Shown here piece by piece: positions 12,044-24,626 of a DNA stretch of 64,000 nt; positions within the stretch are counted from its first letter, which is position 1; each line of letters starts with the position of its first letter. Below the pieces are notes generated by a model. The model made no database searches. It was not told the origin of the DNA and was given only the letters and a program-made list of their open reading frames with translations. The stretch is from Vicugna vicugna. Lineage: Eukaryota. The translations under genes and the position numbers were made by a program. The stretch spans positions 877,303-941,302 of the forward strand of contig MU057640.1 in assembly GCA_013265495.1 (NCBI GenBank). The letters run 5' to 3'.

Positions 12044-12589
12044 ATGCCCTTATTCCCTCATGACAGTCTGGAAATTCACAGGCAAGACTCACTTGTGCAC
12101 TGTTCCCGGTGTGTAAGGGAATTCGTTGCTTTCACTTACACGGCTGTTCTCTTTCTTCTCCCTTCTTTTTGGGCGAATAACATGTTCTCACTAATGATTA
12201 GGTAACACACACTAGGGCACCGTAGAAATGACAAATTTCTCTTTTCCTTAAAAATTAATGATGATGTCATCTAATCACAAAATTAATACATGCTTATTAA
12301 AGATATGTTTAGAAATCAGAACAGGAGAAGTCATAATCCCACCCTCCAATTAGCATCATCACAAGACAAGGGAACACTTTGTTAATTGTAATATGAAAGC
12401 AAAATACCGCAGCGGACGAGCTGACCTGACCAGGGTTGATGTGACAGTGCTTTGAGGCATTTATGGGAACCAGGGTGGCAAACTTTCACTCTGGTGGGTG
12501 AGGGTAAATTTTCTGTTGAAGGAAACAAATGTGCTTTGGTTAATTAACCCAGAAGGTGGTTAGTCCTGGGTCAGTGAACCAGGTAAATG

Positions 12590-13045
12590 GCTCTCACTCC
12601 CTGCTGCTGCTTTAACGACTCATCCCAAACTTAGAGGCTTGAAGTAACAAATTAATTCTCTCACAGTTCTGGAGGTCAGAAGTCTAAAATGAGTGGCAGG
12701 GCTGGGTCCATTCTGGAGGCTCTAGGCAAAAATTCATTTCCTTGTTTTTTCTCCCCAGCTTTTAGAGGCTGTATTCTTTGGCTTGTGGCCCCTTCCGTCT
12801 TCAAAGCCAGCGGTAGCATCACTCTGACCTCTGCTTCCATTATTACAACACCTTCTCTGACTCTCAGCCTCCTGTCTTCCTCTTACTGATTACATTGGGC
12901 CCATGTAGATAATCTGCGATACTCTCTCCACGTAAAGATCTTGCACTTACTCACAAATGAGAAGTCCCTTTTGCCATGTAAGGTAATACATACACAGGTT
13001 CTGTCATTTAGGCATGGACCTCATTGAGATTATTTTGTCTACCGT
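12590..13045 (-). mobile_element. MLT1C/D-type MaLR solo LTR
   Basis: ctcacagttctggaggtcagaagtctaaaat...gattacattgggccca...aagtcccttttgccatgtaaggtaa. Confidence 0.88.
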
Positions 13046-14549
13046 ATGAGCCTTGGGCCTGCTGAGAATAAATGCCTGTGGCCTTTGGGTTCACTCCTGG
13101 AGGCAGTGAAAGGTCTGAGTGTTGCCCGTGGTGAGGGTTGAGCTGCCCTAATCACGTGGTCACTGATGACAGGGAGCAGAGCCCCAAAGCCCTGATGTAG
13201 CACCCATGGGGCCTTGGCTTGAGAGCTCATGAACACACACCTGAGTCCCAGTCATACTGGTGGGTGGTGAAATGACTCAGGACTGACCTCCAGGAAGAAT
13301 TGGACGTTGCTGCCAGCAGTGTGAACTGTCCAGCTCCAGCAGTAGCACGGTCCCACAGTGCTAGCCAGAAAACAGCGCTGTTCAATAGCAATAAATGGTT
13401 CTAAACTGTCACCCACTTGAGCAGAAAACACCTGCCCTTTTGCAGCTCGGCACATTTCCAAATACTCTCCTGATGAAAGTCCACTTCTGTCTGCACGTAC
13501 CAGGGTCAAGGACATCTTTTCTATACCTTCTTCTTAAGCGGAATCAACGATTTTGCAAATGGATGTAACTCCATGTACCTTCCACGCCTAATGTATTCAG
13601 GTCTCCTTGCAGCCACCCCAAATTATTCTTTGAGAAACTACAAAGATGACATTTCCTCAGTGTGGTTCTTTAGGCCCACTCTGGGGGAGAAATGCATTAG
13701 AATATATATATGTACTCGAGGCATTGGAAGCCAGTAAGTGAAACTAACACCCTCAGAAGGCAAGGATGTTTATCAGTGGCTGGTAACCATATTTCCTCTC
13801 ATCTTTTATTACTTTAACTCTCAACAGGGCCCTTGCACTATTCAACAGCTTATCCATGCTGGCCACCCAGTGTCGTTTATTTCCTGTGTATGTAACACTT
13901 TCTGGCCCTGCCGTCTATACTCATGCTGTGTTAGCTGTTGACCCAATTTAATGCCTAGCTGGAAACTTCCCTCGTAGTTGTGATTAAAGGGAAAAAGAAA
14001 ATAAAAAAGGAGAGAAAAGGTGATCCGGTTACTTGCATATGTATAGTTCTTTGATTAAAGGAAAAAAGGTAATGAAGGAGGAGGTTGCCTAATGACCCAT
14101 GTAACATACTATTTCTTCTTCGGCTCAGGCTTCTTACCCATAATCCAAGCTTTGAAAGGCTGAACCAACCTCCTCAAGCCACTCTGGAATGCTCACTTTC
14201 AATTATATGTGACCTCATACACCTCCAAGTCTATTTCTTTAAAGCCATGTTTCAACTGTAGACACAGTTTTATCTCGAATTCACCTAATTCACTGTCATT
14301 CCTCCTTTGGCATAATTTCTAATTTAGGAAAAAAAAGGTTGGGGCTGGACGCCATGTGTTACAGTCATCGGGGGCAGGATGAAGGGGCAGGGCCCGGGAG
14401 GGAGTAAGAGGGGTGCAGACAGAGTCTGAGTTGTGTATCGATAACATATTGCACACTATTCTAGCATTTGGACGCCGTAGTGACGGCAGTACATTTTTCA
14501 GCAGGCCAGGCTTCCTCCATTTTTCTGGTACATTTGCTGGTAAAAAGCC

Positions 14550-14735
14550 ATAGAGAGCTAGAAACTAAAATGGGATTTGAGAATATCTATTTCACCACCT
14601 CTGTTTCAAAGAGGATGAAGCGGAAATCCAGAGAGGTCCAATGACTTGCCTACAGTCAGCTGGCAGTTTGTTTACAGAAGGGAAACTAAAACCCAGGTCT
14701 TTCAGTTACCAGGCAAGTGCTGTTCCCATAGAACA
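14550..14735 (-). mobile_element. MIR SINE
   Basis: tttcaaagaggatgaagcggaaatccagagaggtccaatgacttgcctacagtca resembles the MIR core in reverse orientation. Confidence 0.65.
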
Positions 14736-14917
14736 TGTCGCCCCTCCTTTTCCCCTTCAATCAGCAACCTCGATTGCATGGGGTATGGTGAGATGGGGTC
14801 ACTCTCGGCAAAGGCCAGGTTAACCCTCCTCTCTCCTGGCTCCAAAGTGCGCGAGCCAAGAAATGTGCACTTATCCATTTGATCACAATCAGCGGTTCTG
14901 GAGGCTGGGTGAGAGCT

Positions 14918-15426
14918 TGTGGTGGGCAGAATAATGCCGACCCCTACCCCCAAAGATGCCCACATCCTAGGCCTTAGAACCTGTCACTGTGTTAGGTCAC
15001 ATGGCAAAAAAAAAAAAAATGAAGGCTGTAGATGGAATTAGGTTGCTAATTAGCTGTTCTTAAAAATAGTCAGATTATCCTGCATATTGGGCCCAAGATA
15101 ATTGCAAGAGTCCTTAAAAGTGAAAGGAGGCAGAAAAGGTCGGGGTGATGCCATGGGAGAAGCACTGGACTCACTGTGCCTGGGTGTGAGGAGGAAAGGG
15201 GACCACCAGCCAGGACATGTGGGCAACCTCTGGAAGCTGGAAAAGGCAAGAAAAGAGATCCCTGCTAGAAGCCTCCAGAGGGAGCCCACCCCGTCAACAT
15301 CTTGCACTCAACTCAGTGAGACCCATGTTAGACTTCTGACCTTCGGAACTGGAAGGTAATAGCCGTGTTGTTTTAAGCCTCTGCATTTGTGGTAATTTAT
15401 TACGGCAGCCACAGGAAACTGATATG
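14918..15426 (+). mobile_element. MLT1D-type MaLR solo LTR, full length
   Basis: tgtggtgggcagaataatg...cccaaagatgcccacatcct...ggaattaggttgctaattagctg...tgttgttttaagcc...gcagccacaggaaactgata. Confidence 0.9.
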
Positions 15427-18125
15427 AAGTTGGAATGAGTGCCCACAAATCATCACATGTTAAAATGCTCCGTCCGTCCTCCAGCCAGCTCCTTTTGACT
15501 CCCCACCAGGTGTGGCGCCGGTCGTATCTACGATGGTAACTAGGAGGGTGGATTTAACAGTTTCTCACTCTCGCAAAAGCACAGCCTCCCCTTCCGCTGG
15601 CCTCCCTAACACGTGGTTGGTGCTGCTTCTCTCGCACTGTTAGCAGCCTGGATGAAAGGCATGGATTTTCCAACCGCAACTTTTTCATCCATCAGCCAGC
15701 ATAATGTTTGGATACAGTAGGTGGTCAATGAATGCTTGTAGAACTGAAATGTATGCCTAAAGCAAATGCCCCATTTTTTAACAGTTCTCAAAGGAATATG
15801 TACTCAGCACATAAGTAAAGGAAAGGGATTCTACCTAACTTTGGGTGTACTAAGGAGTATATTTTGGCAGAATGAGGACTGGGGTGAGGTGTGACTACAG
15901 GAAGGGTAGGAATCATGGCCTTTGATGTATTCTCGGGTTCTTTAATGACTCATCTTCCCCAACTGCCCAACAAATGAAGATGTATTTTGAGGCTGGGTTG
16001 ACAGGCAGCACTGGAAGTCCAAACTATTGTTGCTGCCATGGAACAGCTTGTCACAGCAGCCTCATTTATTCTCTTTCTCTGAAAGCCTGGCACCAGCTCT
16101 GCAACTGAAACTGCTTTTGTCTGAGTCTCAACTGGTGCTGCCACCCAAGCCAAAATGTGTGCTCGTTGTGCGCTGTCTGGTTGCATGCTAACTATGGCAG
16201 TGTCCTCGAGTGACATCGGAAAGGCTGGGCTGTCGACAATGAATGACACGTCACAGACTTTGCCTGTTGTCCTATCTCCCACCTATTCTCATGGGCAGTT
16301 CCTGGGATCATGCCATTTCATTTCCTCTCTCTTTATTTTTCTCCCTGCCTTGGAGGGTTCCATTGTTCTGGCTGAGGCCCCGTCTCATTCTTTTCCATGG
16401 AGCCTCCTTTTAGATAATGGCTGAGTACTAGGAAAGTTGCACAGGAGTTGACATCCTGCAAACAAGAGCACTTGAATGCAAAGGGGAGCTTGTGGCCTAG
16501 GGGAACCAGATCTAAATCGTCCCCATTCGCCTAGGTCTCCACTTCTAGCCCTCCTCCAAAGTCTCTCCAGATTTCTGCCCAGTGGGTCTCCTTGAACAAT
16601 ATTTTGCTTAGAAAACCTTTGGCACATGCAACAAATTCTAGCTTTTTGTTTTCTCCTCCCTCCAAAGTATAAACTTCCGGAGGGCAGGGCATATATACCC
16701 TTTTAACTTTTTATCTGCTAATATCCCTACAGAATAGTTTACACAGTAGGGACTAAGCCCATAATTGACACATTAAATTAAAGGAACACAGCACTTCATG
16801 GAGATAAAATAAGTGTGTGTTGAGTCAGGGAGGGAGAGAGAGAAAAGCTGCTTGAGCTTGAGATCTTTTTAATATGTATTTTCTCTATAAAATTAAGGAA
16901 TTGCTCTGCTGGAGGGAGAAAATATCCTGTCCTATTATACAATATCATCTGTAAAATCATTTATTAAAATAATATACATCATTCAAAATATCATACTAAA
17001 AGGGAAATCAACCAATGCTTACTAAAATGTGGTGATTATGACATTAAAACAGATCTATCCTGAGCTTCTTATCATTACGAACCTTAAGGAGCAGCATCAC
17101 AGTCATGAGACACCCATCAAGGTGTTGCATTTTTCAGTATCTCGAATACCTTTACCCTTTGGGGCTCTGGATTTAGGACACTGACGGGTGTTTCCTTTCC
17201 CATAGACATTTTCCTGTAATCTTTTGCCATAAGCAACAGCTTGTCAGTGTTGATCAAGCCAGGTTGGTATCATAACCTCCAGCCCTTCATTCAAGATAGA
17301 TTTTGAACTTGGAAGCCCACACCAATCCACAATATCCTAAGGTTTCCAGCATAAAGATCTCCGGTATAGTTCTAGTATTTCTTGATAGCCGGTATTGTCG
17401 ATCTCTGTGTGAAGTTAAGTTTATCAAACACAAGGGTCTATTGATTAGGGTGATTGTGAAGGCAGCTACATGTGCACAGAAGTGTGGTGACCTCTGATGT
17501 TGGCAACAGGGGCTATTCTCTTAAAACTAATTTATCAAACAACGAACTTCAAACTAAGGGGAAGCTCAGCACTGAATGCCTTCTTGTCTCCAGTTGTGGC
17601 AACAAAGCATACTGACATGCCACTGAGTACAGGACATTACCTCTAGGATTGCAAGGAAATAAACCAAGAAAAAGAAAACTTAGCTCTGGTTTTCAGAGAG
17701 CTTAAGCCTTTGAAACACATTCAGAAGGAGGCAACATAAACTAAATAGCAGATTGTTTTATTTAACTAGATGGACCAAATGATACCATTTTTGATATGGA
17801 AAGAAGGGTAATGGTTATCTACCAACTTGCATATTTTATAGATAGGAAAACCTAAAGACCAGAGAGATGGCATCTACAGCCCAAGGATGCCCCTTACCTG
17901 GAAAACCCATCCTCTGGGGTGCAGAAACAACTTTGCATCATGAAATTGGCCTTGGTAATCACAGAATATCGAAGTCCAAATGGATTTCAGAAATCAGGGA
18001 CCAATTTCCTCTCCTGTACATGCATTCTTCAGCTGTTTCCTGAAATGAGCTGTTTTCTATCAATGTAATCATATAAAAATTAACAAGCAGCCTGATGAGC
18101 ATCTGGAAAGAGCAGAGATGAAATA

Positions 18126-18835
18126 ATTCATTCAATTACTATGAAAGTCTTTTGAGCATCTACTATGTGCCAGGCATTGTGAAAGGTACTAGGAACCCAG
18201 CCCTGAATAACACAGAGAGAAGTCATGCCTTCATGGAGCTTACACTCCAGTAGGAAGGAGGCCATAAACAAATATATGAGTAAAATACACAGCGTGCCAG
18301 GTTATGAACAGTACTATGGAGAAAAATAAAGTGCTGTGGAGGGAAGAGCGATTCTGGATGCGGGGGGAGAGAATGGGAAAGGTTTTCACAGGGGATAGTC
18401 ATTAAAAAGGCATCGTTTCAGCAAAGACCCGAAGAAGGTTACAGAGTAAATCATGCAGTTCCCTGGGACAAGAGTGTTCCAGGCAGAGGGAGGAGCAAGT
18501 GCAGAGGCCCTGACCACTCAAGAGACAGCCAGGAAACCAGCAGGATGGAAGCAGAGTAAGCAAGTGTGGGCAGTGATGGCAGGTAAGTCCAGAGGGATGA
18601 TGGGGTCAGGAGGCAGATTGCAGCCCCTGTATAGGCTTATGCATTTACCTGGAATGAAATCGGATTTCCAGCCAAGGGTTTGATCTGACATATCTGCCTG
18701 TGCGCTGGGAGCTGACTTAAGGGGAACAAGGGCAGAAGCAGGGAGACCAGGAATGAGGCTGTCGCAGTGGTCCAGCAGAGATGCTGGCTTGGGACAGGTG
18801 GGAGTGACAGAGCTGATAGATTCCAGGTAGATTTT
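18126..18835 (-). mobile_element. L2 3' region
   Basis: ttcattcaa...ttgagcatctactatgtgccaggcattgt...gccttcatggagcttacactccagt is the reverse complement of the L2 terminus. Confidence 0.88.
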
Positions 18836-19030
18836 AACAGAATAGTGTTACCAGAGGGAAGGAGGGGTGGAAGGTGGGTGAAAAGGGTAAAGAGGGTCAG
18901 CAACATACTAACGGGTGGAAACTGAACTTTTGGTGGTGAGCACGGTGTAATGCACACAGAAATCAAACTGCGTATTGCACACGTTGAAAGTATATATAAT
19001 GTTATAAGCCAACAAAAAAGAAAAGAAAAG
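18836..19030 (+). mobile_element. L1 (L1MA-like) 3' terminal fragment inserted in the L2
   Basis: ttaccagagggaaggagggg...aacttttggtggtgagcac...atataatgttataagccaa followed by an A-rich tail. Confidence 0.85.
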
Positions 19031-19164
19031 TGACGCCAGCAGGGAGTCACTGCTGGACTGAAAGAAGGATGCAAGAGAAATAAAGGAGAAGTAGAATCAC
19101 ACCGAGGTGCATAACAGGAGCGTTGCACTACCAGGTACTGAAGGGTGGGGGCTGAAGGAGCGTG

Positions 19165-19350
19165 CTTCAGCAGGAAGATCAGGTCTACCTACCAGCTGTA
19201 TATCCCTGGGCAGGTCACTTAACCTCTCTGAACCTTGATTTCCCCTCTGTATTCAGTGATGCCTATTTACCCTAAGCAGTTGTTCTACGATTCAACGGGG
19301 CTAACTCGTGCGGTGGCATCTTTCCTGGTGTGCAGCGTAACACGGGATGA
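19165..19350 (+). mobile_element. MIR SINE
   Basis: ctgggcaggtcacttaacctctctgaaccttgatttccc matches the MIR core. Confidence 0.75.
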
Positions 19351-19849
19351 AGGTTGCTACAGCCTTGTGAGGAGGGATGCTGCCTGCCCGTCTCCCCTCT
19401 CCCAGCCATCCTTCCCACCTAAAATCTCTCTCTGAGCCAAAGGTAAATGAATCACTGCTGCAAAGCCTATTCGAAGTCACGAGGAACCTACAGGAACTGG
19501 TGAATGAAATCCTATTTTGGGGGAGAGTGACTGAAAACTCACATGCCGCAGAGCCCGTGCTCTGTGCCTGGAAGCAGCCTCCTTCTCGTGGGTTTGGAAG
19601 GTGGAGTGGGAGGAAGTCAGAGACGTATCATGGGGTGTGCTGTTCCATTTCCCTCAGGTGGCAACCACCCTGGAGAGAAAGTTCATTGCCTATCAAACTG
19701 TGCGGGGCGGTTTTAAAAAAATTGCTATGGAGTTTAAAAGGAAAAAGAAAAGTAGCATAGAAGAGGCAAAGAGGAGAAGGGAAAGTTCCCAATAAGGTAT
19801 GAAGCTTAGGAAAAAATTCACATTTAGGTGACAGCTTGTCATTTCTTTT

Positions 19850-20021
19850 GGGGGGGGAGGTAATTAGGTTTATTAATTAATTTATTTATTTTTATTATGT
19901 ATTACATTGTTATATTGTTTTATTATATTATTTTTATATATTTTAAGGAGAGACTAGGAATTGAACCCAGGACCTTGTGCATGTTAAATACATACTCTAC
20001 CAGTGAGCTATACCCTCCCCC
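19850..20021 (-). mobile_element. tRNA-Ala-derived SINE (camelid vic-1-like)
   Basis: The reverse complement reads ggggagggtatagctcactggtagagtatg...gcacaaggtcctgggttcaattcc. It is flanked by an imperfect TSD, cagcttgtcatt / cagctggtcctt. Confidence 0.92.
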
Positions 20022-20664
20022 ACTCAGCTGGTCCTTATGTTAACAAGAGAAGGCCACCCAAGAGGGTGGTGATGTTGCAGAGAGGTGAGCCCACCAGGAG
20101 CTGGAGGGGCTATTCTGAACGTGTGTCTCCTACAACGTCCTGGACACTAGAATAACAGTCTACAAGACAAGCCTAAATGTCAGCAGATTTCAATAAATAA
20201 AATACAAATACTCTAAAAACCCCACGTAGAATAATTAGGGGGAAATTATCACTGTTGAAAGTTAAGTCAGAGTCTTCTGATAAATGTTCACATGTGTGTG
20301 TATGCCAGTGTGCTTGCGTGTGTGAATATGTATGTCACTGAACCACCAGTGGCCCTGGAAACGAAGATAATGACAGAAATAATCATATTCTATGCTTCAG
20401 GGTAGAAATTAATTGGCTGTGGGGACAAAAATACTTTTTTTTTTTTTACTTACATGAAGAATCATTATATAGTGGGCTGAAAGAAGAGATTCAAGTGTTA
20501 GGAACATTCTAACAATGGAAGTCTTTCATTCTTCTCCCAGTTCAAGTAATTAGCGTCTTCTCTGACTTTCAGTAAGTCATTTGCTCCATGGAGTTGGAAT
20601 GGCATACAATATCCTTGTTGCTAATGCTTATAATGGTTTGCATCTTTCTCCCTTGTCACATCAG

Positions 20665-20742
20665 CACCCAATTAGCTCATGGGCTATACAAAAACAGGAG
20701 GCAGACTGGGCTTGGCCTGTGGGGCAGTTCGCCCACCTCTGG
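20665..20742 (+). mobile_element. MER58-like hAT-Charlie MITE end
   Basis: atacaaaaacaggaggcagactgggcttggcctgtggggcagttcgcccacctctg resembles the MER58 terminus. Confidence 0.6.
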
Positions 20743-21209
20743 TCTGAGATGCTATGACTTGGTGGGTAAATGAGCCTTCACTGATGTTGGCTCAGCCTTG
20801 ACACGGTTGAGCCCTGGGTGGAAAGAGCAGTGCCACATTTCCCCCAACCCGTCACACCAGGGAAGAAATCTAGACATGCCCGTTAGGTTAGTTCTGAGCC
20901 CCAAGTGACGAGGTAGAAGAGGTATCCCTAAATTGTTCCCCAAAGCCCTGACATCTCTAGGAAAGTGGTTAGAAAGGAAACCTGTCTTTCCTTCAACTCT
21001 TCATTTCAACTAGTATTTCCTGAATCCTGTCCTAAGTACCAAAAATACATGAGACAATCTAGTTTGAAGAAAGCAGCACAATATTGAAGAAGGTTGGGTA
21101 ACAAGGAAGGCAAGCAGGGCGATGGAAGGTGGAGGCTAACTCTGCGGATACCACCCATTAAGTGGGGGGGGGGGTCTAGGTTCTCCTCAAAGCCGGGAGG
21201 GCTGGCAAC

Positions 21210-21626
21210 TGCTGAGCCATGAGAACATGGCAGAAGTGACTCTGGGCCCAGGCTTAGGACGCCTGTAGCTTCCACCTCTTTTCTCTTGAAACACTCCCTC
21301 TGGGGGAAGCCAGCGGCCATGCTGTCACTCTGAGCCACCAAGTGTATGTGTAGGCGGTCCAATGGACATTGCAGCTGAGCACACATTCCAGGCAGCCCCA
21401 CCAAGGCGCCAGCATGTGAGTGAAGCTGTCTAGCATCCTCCAGATCACCCACCTGCCAACTGAAACCACTGAGTGACCTCAACTGATGCCACAGGGAGCA
21501 AAAGCAACTCCTTGCTGAGCACTGCCAGAATTCCTGATCCCCCAGACCAAGAGATACGATACAATGTTTACTGCTTTAAGCCACTAAATTTGGGGGCAGT
21601 CTGCTACATAGCACAGATGAGCAGAC
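21210..21626 (+). mobile_element. MLT1F/H-type MaLR LTR
   Basis: gcagaagtgac...gaagccagcggccatg...tgctttaagccactaaatttgggg...ctacatagcacagat. Confidence 0.75.
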
Positions 21627-23044
21627 CAGCCAAGTATGAAGAGACGCACTCCCCTCCCTGCCCCCAAAAGCGACTTGACTGAAGTTCAGGGGAGGAAAGG
21701 GTCAGTAAGGGCTGGAGTAGTTAGGGAAGCTATAGCGAGGCAAGAAACTGGAGCCTGGGTTGAATCTGAAAGGAAAGCTTTGCCTAGGCAGGTGGCTTCC
21801 CAGAGGTCCTCTCTGCCTGTAGTACAGGACCGGCACCCAGCAGGAAAATCTCCACTTGATCCACCAGGCTTGTGGCTGAACCAGGTGGCAGATTCCCCAT
21901 GAAGTGGAGAGAAACACGGGGTCAACGGGCTCAGACTTAAAATGCAGCCTTGCTGCCCAGTTTCCTGGGCGTGCCAGCTGTCTGATGCCTCGTTTATGCA
22001 AAGATGCTGCATCCTGTGCCACCAACCTAACCAACCATGCCTTTTAAAACAGCATGCGTTTTTATTAATCCCAAAGTGTTTTCCAGATCAGGACATTTCC
22101 AATGCACTTCGCCAACCCTCAAGTCCTCAGACAGGGGGTTTGAAAAGTCAATTTCCACAGTTCTAATAAGACAGCCGCCCCTCATTCCATTCTCCCACAT
22201 CGATGGCAGCGTATATGTGATCATCCGGATTTACCAGAAGATGTTCTAAACCCTTCCTCCAGCTCCCTCCCGGCAGGCATCAGAAAGAGGTGCAGCAAAT
22301 TCACTCACGACAGTTGCCAGGCACCAGAATGTAGCATTGAGAAGCTCTTGAAAACATGACATGTTGAAATACAGCAAAGACTTTTCGCGCTGCCAGATGG
22401 GATAACGGAGACATCGTGATGGTAAGTGGTTGACACAAGCTGGCAGGAACGTTTGCAAAACTAGAATCAATTTTGCCCTCTGCATCTCCCTGGGAGAGAC
22501 CAAGTGGTGTCAACTTAAAAATTCTCTTGAACTTCATGGTTCCAAGTGGTAAACTAATTTATTTTTGGATGCTTGAATTGCTTTCAGTCCTGGTAAGAGT
22601 GTTCTCTAATTTCTGTGCTCAGAGACAAAAGATGCGGAAAATCCTTCTGTGAAAACCCCACATGGGTTGAAACAGAAAGTTACAAACGAGTTTTACGTTG
22701 ACCTCATTTCAGCTGGCGATAATCGTTTTTGATGAGAGTGCCTGCCTCCCCCCTAGATGGTAAGCGGTACTTTAAGAGGACTAGATGAAAACTTTTAATT
22801 TCGGGTACTGTGGCTTTCTAGCTCTTTGCCCACCAGGAACCTCTCAAAGTGAAGATGTCAGTACAGAGTCTGTCTTCTTCATAGTTATCTACCCCCACAG
22901 AGGCACTCATACTTGAAACGCTGAATAGTTCTGCTTTTCTTCAAGTTAAAATGTTTCTCATGGTTTAAATTTTATGGAGACCAGTCGGAGCTACTGAGAC
23001 TCCAACAGAGGCATTCATGGACACCTGCTACATACAAGCAAATA

Positions 23045-23332
23045 TGGGTCCTGAATCCTTGTTTACAAACCTGAAATACAGAGAGCCCTGAAAACAAAGC
23101 TCTCACCACCTTATTCAGTGGCCAAACCTGGTCTGAACTGATGTCAGACTTTCTTTGTTCCCACGTAGTGTCACGTTCACACCTGCACTGCAGAAATGCC
23201 AGTGAGCTGGATTCTGGGTGCTGCCCCAGACCCTGCCAGGAGTGTCTCTATACAGTATATGTACATCGTGACTTCTCTAAAATAAGAAATATATCTGACC
23301 TCAAGAAGTTCAGATGCGGGATCAGGCACCTG
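23045..23332 (+). mobile_element. TcMar-Tigger MITE (MER46C-like)
   Basis: ccaaacctggtctgaactgatgtcagac...cactgcagaaat...gtgctgccccagaccc with decayed terminal inverted repeats. Confidence 0.65.
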
Positions 23333-23859
23333 CATCCACACGAGAGGGGCTGCACTAGGTGTGCAGAAGGAAGCCGAGAAGGGAGAGGTGGGTGGAGGAG
23401 GACAGAGATGCAGGCCTTCCCGTAGACAACTCGCAATAGCAAAGAGGCAGCCGACAAATCTGCTGATGGTGACAAGGCCATGTGACCTTGAGTCTGCCAA
23501 GAGCCACCTGCAAAGTTCAACTTGATGTCAACCAGCTCTCCAAAAGGTTCTAATGACCTTCAAATAGAATCTTGTAGAGTATGATACAGATGAACTAATT
23601 TGAACCTTCCCTGAACTATCAATGATAAAATTATAAAAGGTTTTTAAAAAGTGTAAATAAACCATCTTATCTCAGAAACTCAGAAGGGGAAGACTGTGGT
23701 GTGTCTCACAGTTTAATACACCCAGAATCTTCTCTGTTTGACAGCTGGTCCTCTCCCACCTGCAGGGGTCCATCAGCGAGTACCCCTACCCCAGGCAGGG
23801 GCAATCAGAGCTGACTCCTGGGAGAGAGCAAACATTAAGGACGGAGTCGGAGTGGAGCT

Positions 23860-24090
23860 GCCCTGGGCCACCGATGCCACCACAGGAGAGGACCCACCTG
23901 AGGAGGAAGCCAACACAGTGGAAAATAGGGCTGGGGCAGAGGGCAGGTATATGACAGATGCATGACAATATGAGCCCTGGGTCCGGCTGTGGCTGACAAA
24001 TGGACCCTCGGCCGTGTGCCACGTGAGCCAGAAAATGTCCAGCTTTTCTTTGGCTAGTTTGAGCTGGGTTGCAGTCACTTGCAAAAGAAA
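23860..24090 (+). mobile_element. Old MaLR/ERVL LTR fragment (MLT1J/K-like)
   Basis: ctgaggaggaagccaacacagtggaa...gtgagcca...ctagtttgagctgggttgcagtcacttgcaa. Confidence 0.6.
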
Positions 24091-24199
24091 ATTTCACAGG
24101 CAATCAACTCTAGAAGTCTCCTAAATTTGAAATTAATTTTTTTTAAGAGATGTCAACTTTAAGAAGAGAAAACTTTAAAAGGATCTCTTCCTCCCTCCC

Positions 24200-24626
24200 T
24201 GATATGGACTGAATTATGTCCTCCTAAATTCATATGTTGAAGCCCTAATCCCCAATGTGACTGTATTTGGAGTTAGGGCCCTTAGGGGGCAATTAAGGTT
24301 AAATGAGTTCCTAGGGTGAAACCCTAATCGAACAGGACTGGTGTTTTTACAAGGAGAGGAAGAGAGACCAGAGCTCTCTGTATCCTTCTCTCTCTCTGTT
24401 TCTGTCTCTCTCAACCTCTTTCTCCCTCTGCTTGCACAGAGAAGAGGCCATGTGAGGATACGGAAAGAAAGCGGCCATGTACAAGCCAGGAAGGGAAGTC
24501 TCACCAGAGACCAGCACTGATGTAACCTTGATCCCAGACTCCTAACGTCTGGATTGTGAGCAAATAAATTAATTTTAAGCCACCCGGCCTGTTATTTTGT
24601 TATAGTAACCTGGGCCAGCTAACACG
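24200..24626 (+). mobile_element. MLT1A/B-type MaLR solo LTR, full length, with 5-bp TSD
   Basis: Starts tgatatggactgaat...attcatatgttgaagccctaa; flanked by ctccc at 24195-24199 and 24627-24631. Confidence 0.92.

Noticed and set aside
13975..14070. Two copies of tgattaaagg(g/a)aaaa about 70 bp apart
   Set aside because: Short, A-rich and only two units, with no further structure.
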